A DNA stretch of 63,986 nt, filler included, from Streblomastix strix (taxonomy: Eukaryota), in the NCBI GenBank assembly GCA_008636045.1. It is 3 parts of 3 records of this genome, joined end to end, with 100 filler letters (N's around TTAATTAATTAA, not from the genome) between each part and the next. Parts side by side here need not be neighbours in the genome. Positions count along the whole stretch, not along the records: positions 1 to 21,389 come from SNRW01000373.1; positions 21,490 to 42,868 come from SNRW01000374.1; 1 more part is not named here. One strand, written 5' to 3'. The position numbers were made by a program, and so were the translations under genes. Below are positions 11,950 through 23,679 of this stretch, in pieces. The notes under the pieces were generated by a model that was not told where the DNA came from, did no database searches, and saw nothing but the letters and a program-made list of their open reading frames with translations. Every line of letters starts with the position of its first letter. Within the stretch, counting starts at the first letter, position 1.

Positions 11950-14900
11950 CAGATGCAATTTATCTATGATTTTGATCAGAAATATTCTCATATTCTTCCA
12001 TTTCATGGAGAAAATCTTCAAAATCAAATTATTTGTCCTTCTCCATATATAAAATGTCTAAAATAATGAAAAAGGAATTAAATTACATAATTTAAATAAG
12101 AATATATGTTTTAGTTATAAAAAACTACGTAAGATATAATATAAATCAATTGTTATTATTAATATTTTAAGAATTTTAAATATTTCTTTAAATAAAATAT
12201 AAATATTTACTCATTTGAAATAAAGTACTTGATTTTTAATAAATTTGCAAAAATTTGATGTAATTGATTAAAATATGTATCTAAAATAATTTTTAAAAGA
12301 GAAAATAGTTGATATATTTTCAATCATGATTTAGGTGTTTAGACTTCCACACGCAGGAGCTGGGGGCGGTAGAACAATATCATCATTAAAAAAGCACATT
12401 ATGAGGCGAGAGATTCGATATATTGACCCTGAGAAAAACAATTAAAATTTATGTTTCTTTCTTGCATATTCATTTATTACGATGCCAGATATTAAAGCAG
12501 ATGTTGCTGCTAACAGTTCCTCTATTGCTGCTAAGCGTTATAAGGAACATTCACGTATTGCAGAAGCTAAACGATAATTTTAAAGAATCTAAGGCATGAA
12601 AATCGATGATAATTATTAAGGAATTAATTTTTCAACAGAGCAGATTAATTTGTTTGAAATGAAAATTTAAATATAAATGTGTTCGCTTATGATGCTTCAA
12701 CGGAATAATCAACGGAAACGTCAGCTAATTCGGGCATTTATTATTTATGGAAGCAGTACAGAAGAATTGAACAGAATGAATAAACTAAAGATTTTAATGT
12801 TCTTTTAATTACTGACACAATGAACGAATTATAAACAGCTCACGTTTTATATATAAACGATGTTGAAGCGCTAACTGGTTTAAAATATTGTCCTATCTGT
12901 GGTGTGTAGGCTTATAAGACCAGAGACTCAAATTTATGATCTAAGCTAAAAAGGCACATATAAAAATGTTAAAAAATGGAGGAAAGATAATAAAGAAAAT
13001 ATATTTAGAAAAATTTCCAAAACAGTATGTTCCTCATATATTGAATAATGTTAGCTATAAATATCTTCTGGCGCATGGTCGAGAGGAAAAATTTAAACCT
13101 ACTAAATATTATATAACATAAGATATAAAAACAGTTGAAAGAATCATTAATGAATAATTTGGTGATAATTCAAAATAAATCTCAATACTTTAACCTCTTT
13201 CGATTGCAAGCACAATAAAAATAAAAAATAATATCATTGATTCTTCTATTAATGATTCAGTTGATTATATTTATTCGATTTATTTTGATATACGAATCCC
13301 TAACTTTATTAATGTATGGATTAAATAATTGTTTAAGGAAGCCAGAAAAGTTATAGATTCAAACAAATATGAAGATGAGACGATACCATAGCATTATGAG
13401 GTTCCCGTTATTGGCTTCAACTCTTCAAAGTTTGATATCGCTCTAATTCTTAAAAATTTATAGGGCGACGAATGGTAAATCATTAAATATCTTGGTAGCT
13501 GTTCAAACGCTAAATAAATCATCGTAAAGTATAACATATCAAGAATAAAATTAAGATTCATTGATGCGATGATTTATTCTACAAAAATTAAATTAAAATA
13601 ATTCATAAAAGATTTCACTCCTAAAGTGTCAGCAATTCCATCGGCTACTCCAGCCTTTTCGGGGCCTGCCGAAGGCTCGAAGTTAAAATTCCCATATGAA
13701 TTCATCAACTACGACAATTACAATGAAATATTAAATAATCCTTAACCGTTTCTCTAAGAAACTTTTAGAAATACAATTAAAAATAAAAATATAAGTGAAG
13801 AGAAATATAAAAATTATTTAGCTATCGCTTAGAATTATTCGAATGGTTGGGATTACCTTCGACTCTATAACCTTGAATAAACTCGCTTAATGATTAAACC
13901 ATTGGATTACTTAATCGATATGTTCTTCAATTATAAAATTGACATGTTGTAGTTTATGTCGATGTCAGCATGCTCTAATGCTATCAAATATGCTCTTGCT
14001 TGTTGGGACTTCAAACTGGATTAAGATTATACGCCAAAAGATGATTATGCTTCATTCTTTCTCTCATAAAATTATTGGAACATTAAAGTTTAAAATTATC
14101 TGGAATAAGATAAGAGAAGGAATAGAGACACAAGCAACAACATCAAGGAATCGGATTGTGCGTTCTATAGAAAATTATTCTTATCGACAGGATGCCACAT
14201 TTGCAAGACACGATTCACATGCCAAAACCCACCAACATTAAATAGAATCAACAACGATAGAGGTCATTCAGCAGATAATGTAAAGCCATGTCGTTTATTC
14301 TGTAATAAATTTAAATCAAATAAAGATGAAAATTTAACAAGATTAATAATACAATTAAAAAATTTCTGTTATTGTAAAAATTTACCAATGACTATTAATG
14401 ATGAAGAAGTTTATTAAATTTTACGTTCTGGAATCACTGGAGGATTATCGTAAGTCATGCATCGCTATAATGTAGCAGGTGAAACTAAAATAAATTAATT
14501 AAAATTTATTAATGGAAATGTCATTAGCTAAGACACAGACCACACAATGATCCATCTTTTAACACTAGATTTCAACTGTTAATATCCCAGCGTTATGAGC
14601 TCAGAACCGCATAAGTTCATTAAATATACAGGTAATAAATTATATATAGAGGGGCAAATATTTGATAAAATTACTGAAAAAAAAAACAGCTAGAAACTTA
14701 ATTTATAATCCGCTGCGATTTAGTGATATTGAAGGAATACTTTATTTATTGCAGTTGTTAAAGGACACATCGACGAATAACATATAAACGATTTCATTAA
14801 TTTTCTTCGTATATTAAGAAACATAAATGTTAAGACTGATTAAAAAACATTAGGTTCATACATGTATAACCTACTACTGAAAAATAATCTGTAGCACGAT

Positions 14901-15930
14901 AAAATTGAACGAAAATTAACAAATTTATCATCGACACATGGGTAATTCATGTCGTTCAATAATTATTATTTGCGGCTTCTCATTGATGATTTTCATTTCA
15001 TTATTGACTATATTTAATGCGTTATAACTTCTCAAAGAACGATAGATTCAATCCATTTGTTAAGGAATTCATGAATCAAAGAATATAAGCAATCAATGAA
15101 AATAATGATGGAAAAAAAATTCTATAAATAAGCTATGAACTCAAGCTATGGAAGTGATGGGATGAATTAAGAAAAATATTCGCAAACAAAACTGTTAAGC
15201 TCTGATAGGACTTGGTTGTCTTATCTCTAAGGTTCATTCATTTATGACTAATAAATAACAGATGATTTATTTGCAGTATAATTTAATGCTGAAAGTTGCA
15301 ACTGCAACACCTACCTCCATTCTGCGTATTTCGTTCTTGACAACTCCAAATACTGGTATATTAATTTTATCTATAATTTTATGTATAAAGCATTCGATAT
15401 GAACAGGATGCACTATATCTGAGGTGACACTGATTCAATGACATGGACCATCAGCGGGAACCCAGAAGAGAATTACAGATAGAAGTTTAAATACGTAATC
15501 AAGGACTAAAAATTTTATGATGAAAATTATCCTTTATTCTTCGATCAAAATAAACAGTTGTTGGGAGTCAATTATGAGGCAGAAGGAACGGCTTGCATCG
15601 TTTTAGCTCCAAAAATTCATTACATTTATAATCCTCTGCCTAATTTGAATGAAAAAGATTATAATTATTGTTTGAAAAGAATAATAAAAAAATAAAATGT
15701 CCATTTAAACGATGAAGCATTCAAAAATTTATTAAATAGAGAATAAATTTAAGCTCAAAATATCATTCTTGGTTAAAGAAATAAATAAATGTCAAAAATA
15801 TAAATAAATAAAGTTGGCTTATCATCGATTCATAATAAAATGGTTACTCTTGAAAATTAATGTTGTGCTCCATTCCTTTACATTAACGGATAATAATTGA
15901 ATTCGGTTAATTATATAATCGGTGTGGATT
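11950..15930 (+). pseudogene. Protein-primed family B DNA polymerase (pPolB) copy 1
   Basis: CPIC finger, VIGFNSSKFD (ExoII), FPYE, GITGGLS, LDFNCQYPSVM (motif A), MNSSYGSDGMN (B), GDTDSM (C), LAPK; many frameshifts. Confidence 0.92.
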
Positions 15931-16175
15931 TAATCGATGGACTGGACCGAGTCAAAACTTACTACAAAAAACTGCTGCTAGCCTGCCAATCTGCCAATAA
16001 TTGATTTCATTAATGCCTTTAATTGATTTATTTTTGTAATAAATAAATGTAAAACTAAAATAGTTTGTATGAAGCTATACTTTCGACTTTTGCTCGTGAA
16101 AAATATCAAAGCGAAGAATATGAATTTGAAGTATGACAGGATATAGAAGATAAAGCATATAAAGTTCATTATAAA

Positions 16176-17464
16176 ATGAGTCTATCAGAGTTCATAAAAA
16201 ATATTTTTAAAGTTCAATAGAAGAAACATATTGATGTTATGATAGAAAAACTGATGAAATGATTATAGGAAAACGAACATTGGCAGAATGGTATTATTAT
16301 TATGTTTCAATTTAATCGAAATATGAGCGAACAAAATAAAATATATAAAAAAATAAATAAGTCAGGGGGATTATGCAAATGGATAATGATATTCAATAAT
16401 CGAGTTCATCATCAAGTTCATCGTCTGATTAATCAGATATTGCCTATTATCTCTTCAAAACAAAATTAAAATTGTTTAAATAAATTAATAATTAAAAATA
16501 TGATATTAATTAAAAAGAAGATGCTTCAGTGCCGATGAAAGATTATAAATTATAACCATTATAAAAGCTTCAATGGCCTTATTTTTCTCCAAAGTAAGGG
16601 AGTTGGGAAATAGATATAGTCTTTTCTGTCGATTAGAACTTACAAGAAAATAATGAAGAATATGATGATGATGCAATCTTTGAAAAAAAAGAAATAAAAA
16701 TGCATTCACTAGAGCATGAAAGAAAAACAAACTTGTATCTATTTTGCATAAACATTAATACAAAATATTTAGTAGTATATCCTTTGATAGATAAATCAGC
16801 TGCTTAAACAGTTGGATAATTCTAAAAATTGATTAAAAATTATTACGTAAATAATATTCGTGGTGATGGAAAGAAAAGATTTAATGGTTCTTATTTTGCT
16901 TTATTTTGTTCAAAGAATAAAATTAATTTTTATTTCACTGATTCAAAATTCAGCAATCATAATCGAGTTGTTGATTCAGTTATTTGCACGATAAAGAATG
17001 CATTTGGTTATAAATTTAATTAATTTTCAACGATTTAAGATATGTAAACGCTCGTAGGTATAAACAATGATACTCCACATTTAGCGTTTCAAAATAAATA
17101 TACTCCATATTAAGTTCAATTATCAAGAGATTTAGAAGGATAGTATATATGTTCATAAATGAAGAAATTAGAGAGATAATTGGCAAGATAACGATAACAG
17201 GGCATATTATCATTTAAGGCTGGAAATATAATTTTAATACATCTTAATTTCTAAAAAACATAATAAAAATTTATGAAATAAAGGAAAAATTTCAATTAAT
17301 TAGCTGAGTTTATTCGATATGTAAATGGCAATATTTTATGCCGATTATTGAATCATTTTTATAAAATAAGTGCAATAAAAATACTTTCTTATTACTGCAA
17401 ATATGTTTGTGAAGATAAATAAAGCATTCCATAATATTATGTAAGAGAATTTTTATATAGATGA
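16176..17464 (+). pseudogene. Polinton retroviral-like (rve) integrase
   Basis: PYFSPKQGSWEIDIV, NIRGDGKKRF, FSNHNRVVDSVICTIKNAFG; homologous to 48415-49330. Confidence 0.8.
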
Positions 17465-17516
17465 AATAAAAGTTATAAATATAATTATTATTTTATTTTT
17501 TTTTACTTTAAATAAA

Positions 17517-17852
17517 ATGACAGATAATAAAGCTGTCAATGAATCAACATAAACCGAATCAATATAAACTGAGTCAGCACAAACTGAGATAACAAAAACT
17601 GAGATATCGAAATAAGAAAAACGAAAGAAATATACTGATAAAGAATAGGTAACGATTGCTGCAAGAGAACAACGCAAAAATGCAAGAATCAGATACAAAT
17701 AAAATTAAATAAATTATGCTTCACAAGTTAATGATATGCAATTATTAATAATTAAAAAACATAAAAAAATTATCGTGAATATTAACGATTTGATATCTAT
17801 AAATGAACTCATTAAAAAATATGAAACTGTTAATGATTCAATCAACACGTGA
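17517..17852 (+). CDS. Small basic putative DNA-binding viral protein
   Basis: Intact 111 aa; QTE repeats then KRKKYTDKEQ..AAREQRKNARIRYK; positional and sequence counterpart of 49360-49677. Confidence 0.6.
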
Positions 17853-17898
17853 AATAATTTTTTTTTATTTTATTTTTCTATTTTTTATCGTATAATAA

Positions 17899-18480
17899 AT
17901 GGCAGATATTGAAATAGAACATGGAACTATTTATTTAATACATGAAAAAGAATTCATTACCAGAGACCAATAAATTTATAAATTATATATATCAAGTTAT
18001 CAATATATATTAAGAAAACATTAAATTAAATTATAGTTGCCCACATCAAATAAAAATGAATCTGAAAAATAATTACAAGAAATATTTAAATAAAAATTTG
18101 TTTAAAATGACATTATTGGACTATATTACGAGGGGAATATTGATAAGATGTGTGAGACAATAATCGAATATTTATACAATAAAAATAAAGAAAATAATAT
18201 AGCTGAATTTGTATTAAGTATAGAGGGATAAGATAAAATTTTAGATAAATTGTTTTAAAAACATTAATTATAATTAAAATAAGGTATGAAATGTAACGAA
18301 GTTCTATAATAATGTCCTTCAGGTGTAAGTGAAAAATAATTTATATTAAAATTATGTAAAAATTGCAAGAGAAAAAGAACATCATTTGAATCAAATATTC
18401 ATGTTTGGGTATATTAGCTTTTCACCGAATCAGAGAAAAAACGGCATCATTAACACATCAACGAAGACATTAACATTTGA
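17899..18480 (+). CDS. Degenerate T5orf172/GIY-YIG-like protein with helicase-like C-terminal domain
   Basis: Intact 193 aa; GTIYLIHEKEF...IYKL, E..L.EIFKQKF, YYEGNIDKM; C-terminus resembles that of the helicase ending at 11293. Confidence 0.6.
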
Positions 18481-18857
18481 ATAATTATTATTTTTATTTT
18501 TTATCATTTCTGGCAGAATGGCAGGCAGTAAGCTGTTTTTGGTATAAATTTTGACTCAGTCCAGTCCATTACTCGGTCCAGTTGAGTCATACATAAACGA
18601 ATCCATTTCTCCGTGCCAATTACATAAAATTTATTGATGTTTTGACTCAATCCATCGACTCGGTCCACTCAACTTTGAACATTCAAATAATTTATGTTCA
18701 AAATTCACTGATGAATTCATCAATGAATTCATCAACGAATTCGTAAACAAATATATATTTTTTTGTTCAATTTTATAACGAATTCATCAACGAATTAATC
18801 AATAATTTTAGATTTCCGAATATAAATTTCATCAACCAAATCCATTAACTTCACAAT

Positions 18858-19126
18858 GTAGTTATGAGAATATGGAGAGTGTCATACGTTCAAAAATCAT
18901 ATATCATTAATCAACATCATTGATCAATTTCTTTAATCAATTCCATAACTATATTCAATATCAAATATTCATTAATTATATATCAAGTGTATATTTTCTT
19001 TTACATTATTAATATTTCTATATTTAACTATCATTATTTATTATTATTATTTATTATTATTATTTATTTAACTTTATTTTATTTTATTTTTCTATGTGGG
19101 GCACTCTCCATATTCTCATAACTGCT
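18858..19126. repeat. Second fold-back Polinton-type terminal unit
   Basis: gtagttatgagaatatggagagtg pairs with cactctccatattctcataactgct; homologous to 11603-11939. Confidence 0.8.
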
Positions 19127-19699
19127 CTCATCATCAAATATTTTTTAAATCATAACGCTTTAATTTAAGAATATAAAATTATTTTTTTATTTGTTAAATT
19201 TTTTTTTTTATTTTATTCATTTTTTTTAATATTTTTAACAAAATTTTTAATATTAATTGAATAATTATACATAAAATATTTTAAATTAATAAAATGTACA
19301 TTTAAAACTACTAAAAATCGAGTGAATTGAATTACTCAAAGAAATAGAATACGAATTTCATTTGAATTTAAAGTAGAAAATTTACAATTAAAATAATTTT
19401 TTTTTAAAAAAATTATTATTCATAAGAATTTAATTTTTTAAATTGAATACTAATTTTGCTATAAATATTTAAAATAGCTTTCATACATCAAATATCTAAC
19501 AAAATTTCTTATTCAAATGTTCATCATATCTCATTTTAAAAATTATAATTATTTTTGATCATTTAAATTAATTTTCAGGTCAATATTTTTTTCAGTAATA
19601 CTAACTATATTTAATATAGCTAATAGTTTTACTTTTTGTTTCTTAATATATCAAATTTATTTATTTATTTTTTAATTTATTTAAACTTGAAAAACATCT

Positions 19700-20520
19700 A
19701 TGCAACAAAAAAAAGCAGAATTTAAAAAAGATCTTATTCGCGCTGTATGATAATTGTAAGAAAATATAGAATAAAATATTGAGAAACTTTAAGAATAGAA
19801 TTTTAAAAAAAAAATTAAAATTCATAAGATGTACAATTTCAAATTTAAATTTTAAACTCATTTTAAATTCTATTGCTTTATTGATTATTTTCCTATTCAT
19901 CCGCGATGCATGTGAATATAAGAGTAAAAGAGATCTTGTCCAAACTCCATTATTCTCTCTTCTGTGCGCTATTTCTAAAAGAACATAATTAACCATTTAA
20001 TCCTCAAATGTATCTATTGTCTGCCAAACACACTCGTTACAAACTACAATAAACAGGTCTTCATTTAGTTTTTTGAACTCTGGAGGAATCAATTTTGCGT
20101 GAACAACTTTATTATATTTTAGAATTTAATTTTTTAAATTAAAATATTATTTTTATAAAATTTAATTTTTAAATTTAAACACGAAATTTATGAACGTGAA
20201 TAATAAAAAAATAAGAAAATTTTATATTAAATTACTAAAAAAATTGTAGAATTCTTGAGCACAGATCGTGATACAGTTCCAAACAAGAAATATTTGTCAC
20301 TAATTGCAATGAAATATTGGCAAAAGCGCGATTTAGTGATAGGGGGCGTTGCAGTTGTAGATTTCTCCTTAAGAATGTTAACTATAGGAATAAGTGAAGC
20401 ACCTTGTGAGAGGATGATTTCAGAAAATCGACTCATTATTAGAGACAGAAGATGGAATACACTTCCAGGAACTTTATAAAGTATTATCTAAGTTGCACAA
20501 TAGTTGAAAATATATGATTG
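19700..20520 (+). mobile_element. hAT transposase relic (C-terminal dimerisation domain)
   Basis: KYWQKR...LRMLTIGISEAPCERMISENRLIIRDRRWNTLPGTL matches the hAT YW..L.IP.SEA..ER.FS..I..RR pattern. Confidence 0.75.
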
Positions 20521-20529
20521 AACACATGT

Positions 20530-20680
20530 AAAGTAGTTCATAATAATATTTCAATATTAACACTAGTCCATTTATATTTATTTTAAATTATTTATTATTA
20601 TTATTTATTATTATTATTTATTTAACATCATTTTATTTTATTTTTCAATGTGGGGCACTCTTCATATTTTCATAACTACT
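20530..20680. repeat. Third, partial copy of the terminal unit
   Basis: AT microsatellite followed by caatgtggggcactcttcatattttcataactact. Confidence 0.75.
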
Positions 20681-21389
20681 AATATTTTCCTGCAAATTAA
20701 ATATCATATGAAACTTCAATTTATGCCTACATTCTAACAATTGGCAAAACGATTTTTATTTATTTTTTAAAATATCATGCATCGTAGCAGGTTTATCTTA
20801 ATATAATATGAAAATATCCACAATATATTGCATTTAATCTAGAAAATAAAAAAATAATAAATCAAAAATTTTATGCTTATAATAAATTTAATTGAAATTT
20901 TTTGATTTGTATAATAGTTTATTTATATTTTATGATATAGAATAAATATTCAAACTAAATATAAATAAACATATTACAAATGAAATCAAAGAATACTACA
21001 AATTTAATGATCATAAGATGAAATTGAAATGAATTTAAAAATTTCACATCGCGAAGCCGCAAACTGGGACATAAACATAAATAGCGTTATTGGTCCACGT
21101 TTCAACAACGTAACTATCAGATCCAACTTCCAAAATGCAAGCAGTTGCACTTTACATGCCTACCCCAACACTCTATCGTATGTTCTTTTTCTAGGTATGA
21201 CATACACTTTCCGGGTATGAACCTCTTAATACACCTATATCAATATATATATATATATATATATATATTATGTTTATTTAATTAATTTATTTTGTCTATA
21301 TTATATACAACAGTGGATCTATCGGTATAAATGGGAAATTTGTTGAAGCAACAGATGAATAAGATAAATGGGATCGAGATATGCATATT

Positions 21390-21489
21390 NNNNNNNNNNN
21401 NNNNNNNNNNNNNNNNNNNNNNNNNNNNNNNNNTTAATTAATTAANNNNNNNNNNNNNNNNNNNNNNNNNNNNNNNNNNNNNNNNNNNN
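21390..21489. other. Assembly gap/linker
   Basis: N-run with central TTAATTAATTAA. Confidence 0.98.
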
Positions 21490-23005
21490 AAAATTTTATA
21501 CCAATCTTATGGAATAAGTGATTAAATTCGTGGAATATATCAAATGTTTTCCTGTTCTTTTTCCATATAACTTTATTCAACAATGACCTTACGTTTTGTT
21601 CGGACATATAGCTTATAGTGTTAACTTCAGTAGTTGAATCCCATTATTTTACCATATAGAGAGCAGAACCATCTTTGGCGGTAGTGTAGCACATTACTTT
21701 CATCAAATCTTACATTAAATCAGATTCATCTTTATACTCACCTCTAATTGCTTTCTCTTATAAGTGTGGCATAAGTAAGAAGGGGTCTTTTAACTAAATT
21801 AATTATTTGTTTATTTTATCAATTAATTCTATTTTCTATTTTTGTATCTTCTATTCATTGTATTATTTTATATGATTAGATATATGTTTCTTTAATGTAT
21901 CCTCATAATATTTCCGATTAAAATTTTTAACATAAGTAACCAGTAGCCATGGCTTATTATATCCAACATCGCAACCTACTTTTTATTTAACTTCTTACCA
22001 ATATTTACGGGTATTAACAGTAAGATTAGCAATTGAATAAATTTTATTATATAGTTCTTCAATCTTATCTTAAGCTGATTGTTATGCTGATTCTTCATTT
22101 ATATATTACTTTAGCGAATTCAAGCTTTGGAATAAAGGTAATAGTGTTACTTCATCCCTAGCTTTAGTTGCAAAATTATGAATTTAGATAGAGTTGAATC
22201 CTTCAATAATAACATTAATTAGCGCTTCATTCATCGGAATACTGGTTAGTATAACTCGTTAATTTATTTCTTCTTCTTTAACATAATCATCTTATCTAAG
22301 ATCTATATTCCACATATTAAATATTTCCCATAAGCTAGGTAAATTATTCTATTCCCAAAATTAAGGAGGTGCAGGTTAATATCTATATTCTATTTAAGTT
22401 TGTTCATAGTCATCGTCACGGATAATTGAATCAGGTAACATTACTCTAATCTCCTTAATTCCATTTGGTTTTCCATTTGATAACTTATATTTATCTATTT
22501 AAGCAAACACATCGACTGTGAAGAATTAGAATGGTATCTTCTTCGACGCAACTAATCTATTTCCTTTAAGGGGATAATTATAGCGGTTCACATAAGCGTG
22601 TACTCCACCTTGAGCGGTTATTAATACAGGTGTATCTTTAGGTAACAGATCTCGAATAATATGTTATTAATAGGCCTCTTTATTATATTTATCAGTGTTA
22701 TGTGGAACATCGAAATCTAAAATAACTAATTAGTTATCTTTCATCTAGTTCAAATCTAAACAGCTACCTGTTACTTTATCGCTATCAGTAATATATTTAC
22801 CTTTACTACACTTCTTATAATTATGAATATCGAATATTGCCCCCATTGTCCTTTCTCTAATTAATTTAAAATTAGTATCATTTTTAATTAATTCATCAAT
22901 CATACTTTCAAATTCATCATTAGTGAACAAGTTATTAATTTATTCGTTAGTTGTTTGATTAATTTATCTGCTAGTTGTTTCATCTTCACTTTGTACTACA
23001 CTCAT
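21490..23005 (-). CDS. AEP (prim-pol) primase domain of viral primase-helicase, truncated by contig end
   Basis: LVILDFD (motif I), ITAQGGVHAY (II), VDVFAQ..VMLPDS (III); open with TAR=Gln. Confidence 0.8.
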
Positions 23006-23056
23006 TTGTTAATTGTTAAATTAATTTAAAATTTTGTTTTTTTATTATTATTGTAA

Positions 23057-23386
23057 ATGAGTACCATTGCAACAGGCTTGACTAAGTGTTAATTGATTGA
23101 TTTAGTCCAATAATAAGCAAACATAGCTGACCTAAAAAAATATGTATTATTATATAATTCAGAACTTAAATCGATTACTTCAACTATTTTGAATAAGTTT
23201 ATTAATATTCCGAATTACAAGTTCACAACTAGAAAAAATAAGTTAGTATTATACAAATTATTAAGATCTGATCCAGCATATTAGGTTGAAGAATAATAAT
23301 AACAATAACCTAAGTTAAGAGAAACAAAAGCAGATAAAATATAATTAATATAATAAGTACTTGATTAATTAAAATAAGATTGTTGA
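23057..23386 (+). CDS. Hypothetical viral protein (109 aa)
   Basis: MSTIATGLTKCQLIDLVQQ...QDC*; divergent from the primase. Confidence 0.5.
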
Positions 23387-23498
23387 AATAAGATTGTTGA
23401 AAGAACTGTATTTGGAATTATTTTTACACTATTTCCACTTAGATAGAAGGCAGCTTGCACCTCTGTTATTTTTTTCAAAATAAGTTGGAAGTTAGTTG

Positions 23499-23633
23499 TT
23501 ACTCTAATTATTACTCTAATTATTACTCTAATTATTACTCTAATTATTACTCTAATTATTACTCTAATTATTACTCTAATTATTACTCTAATTTATTACT
23601 CTAATTTATTACTCTAATTTATTACTCTAATTA
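23499..23633. repeat. 12-13 bp tandem repeat (TTACTCTAATTA) x~11
   Basis: Directly visible. Confidence 0.95.
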
Positions 23634-23679
23634 CATAACTAAATACAAAAAAATAATTTTGAATAAAAAATAGGTTAAT

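Noticed and set aside
21029..21389. Coding-like GC-richer patch before the gap
   Set aside because: Several frames open on both strands, no recognisable motif, truncated by contig end
21390..21489. Palindromic TTAATTAATTAA inside N-runs (also 42869-42968)
   Set aside because: Artificial contig linker; no linkage across it can be assumed
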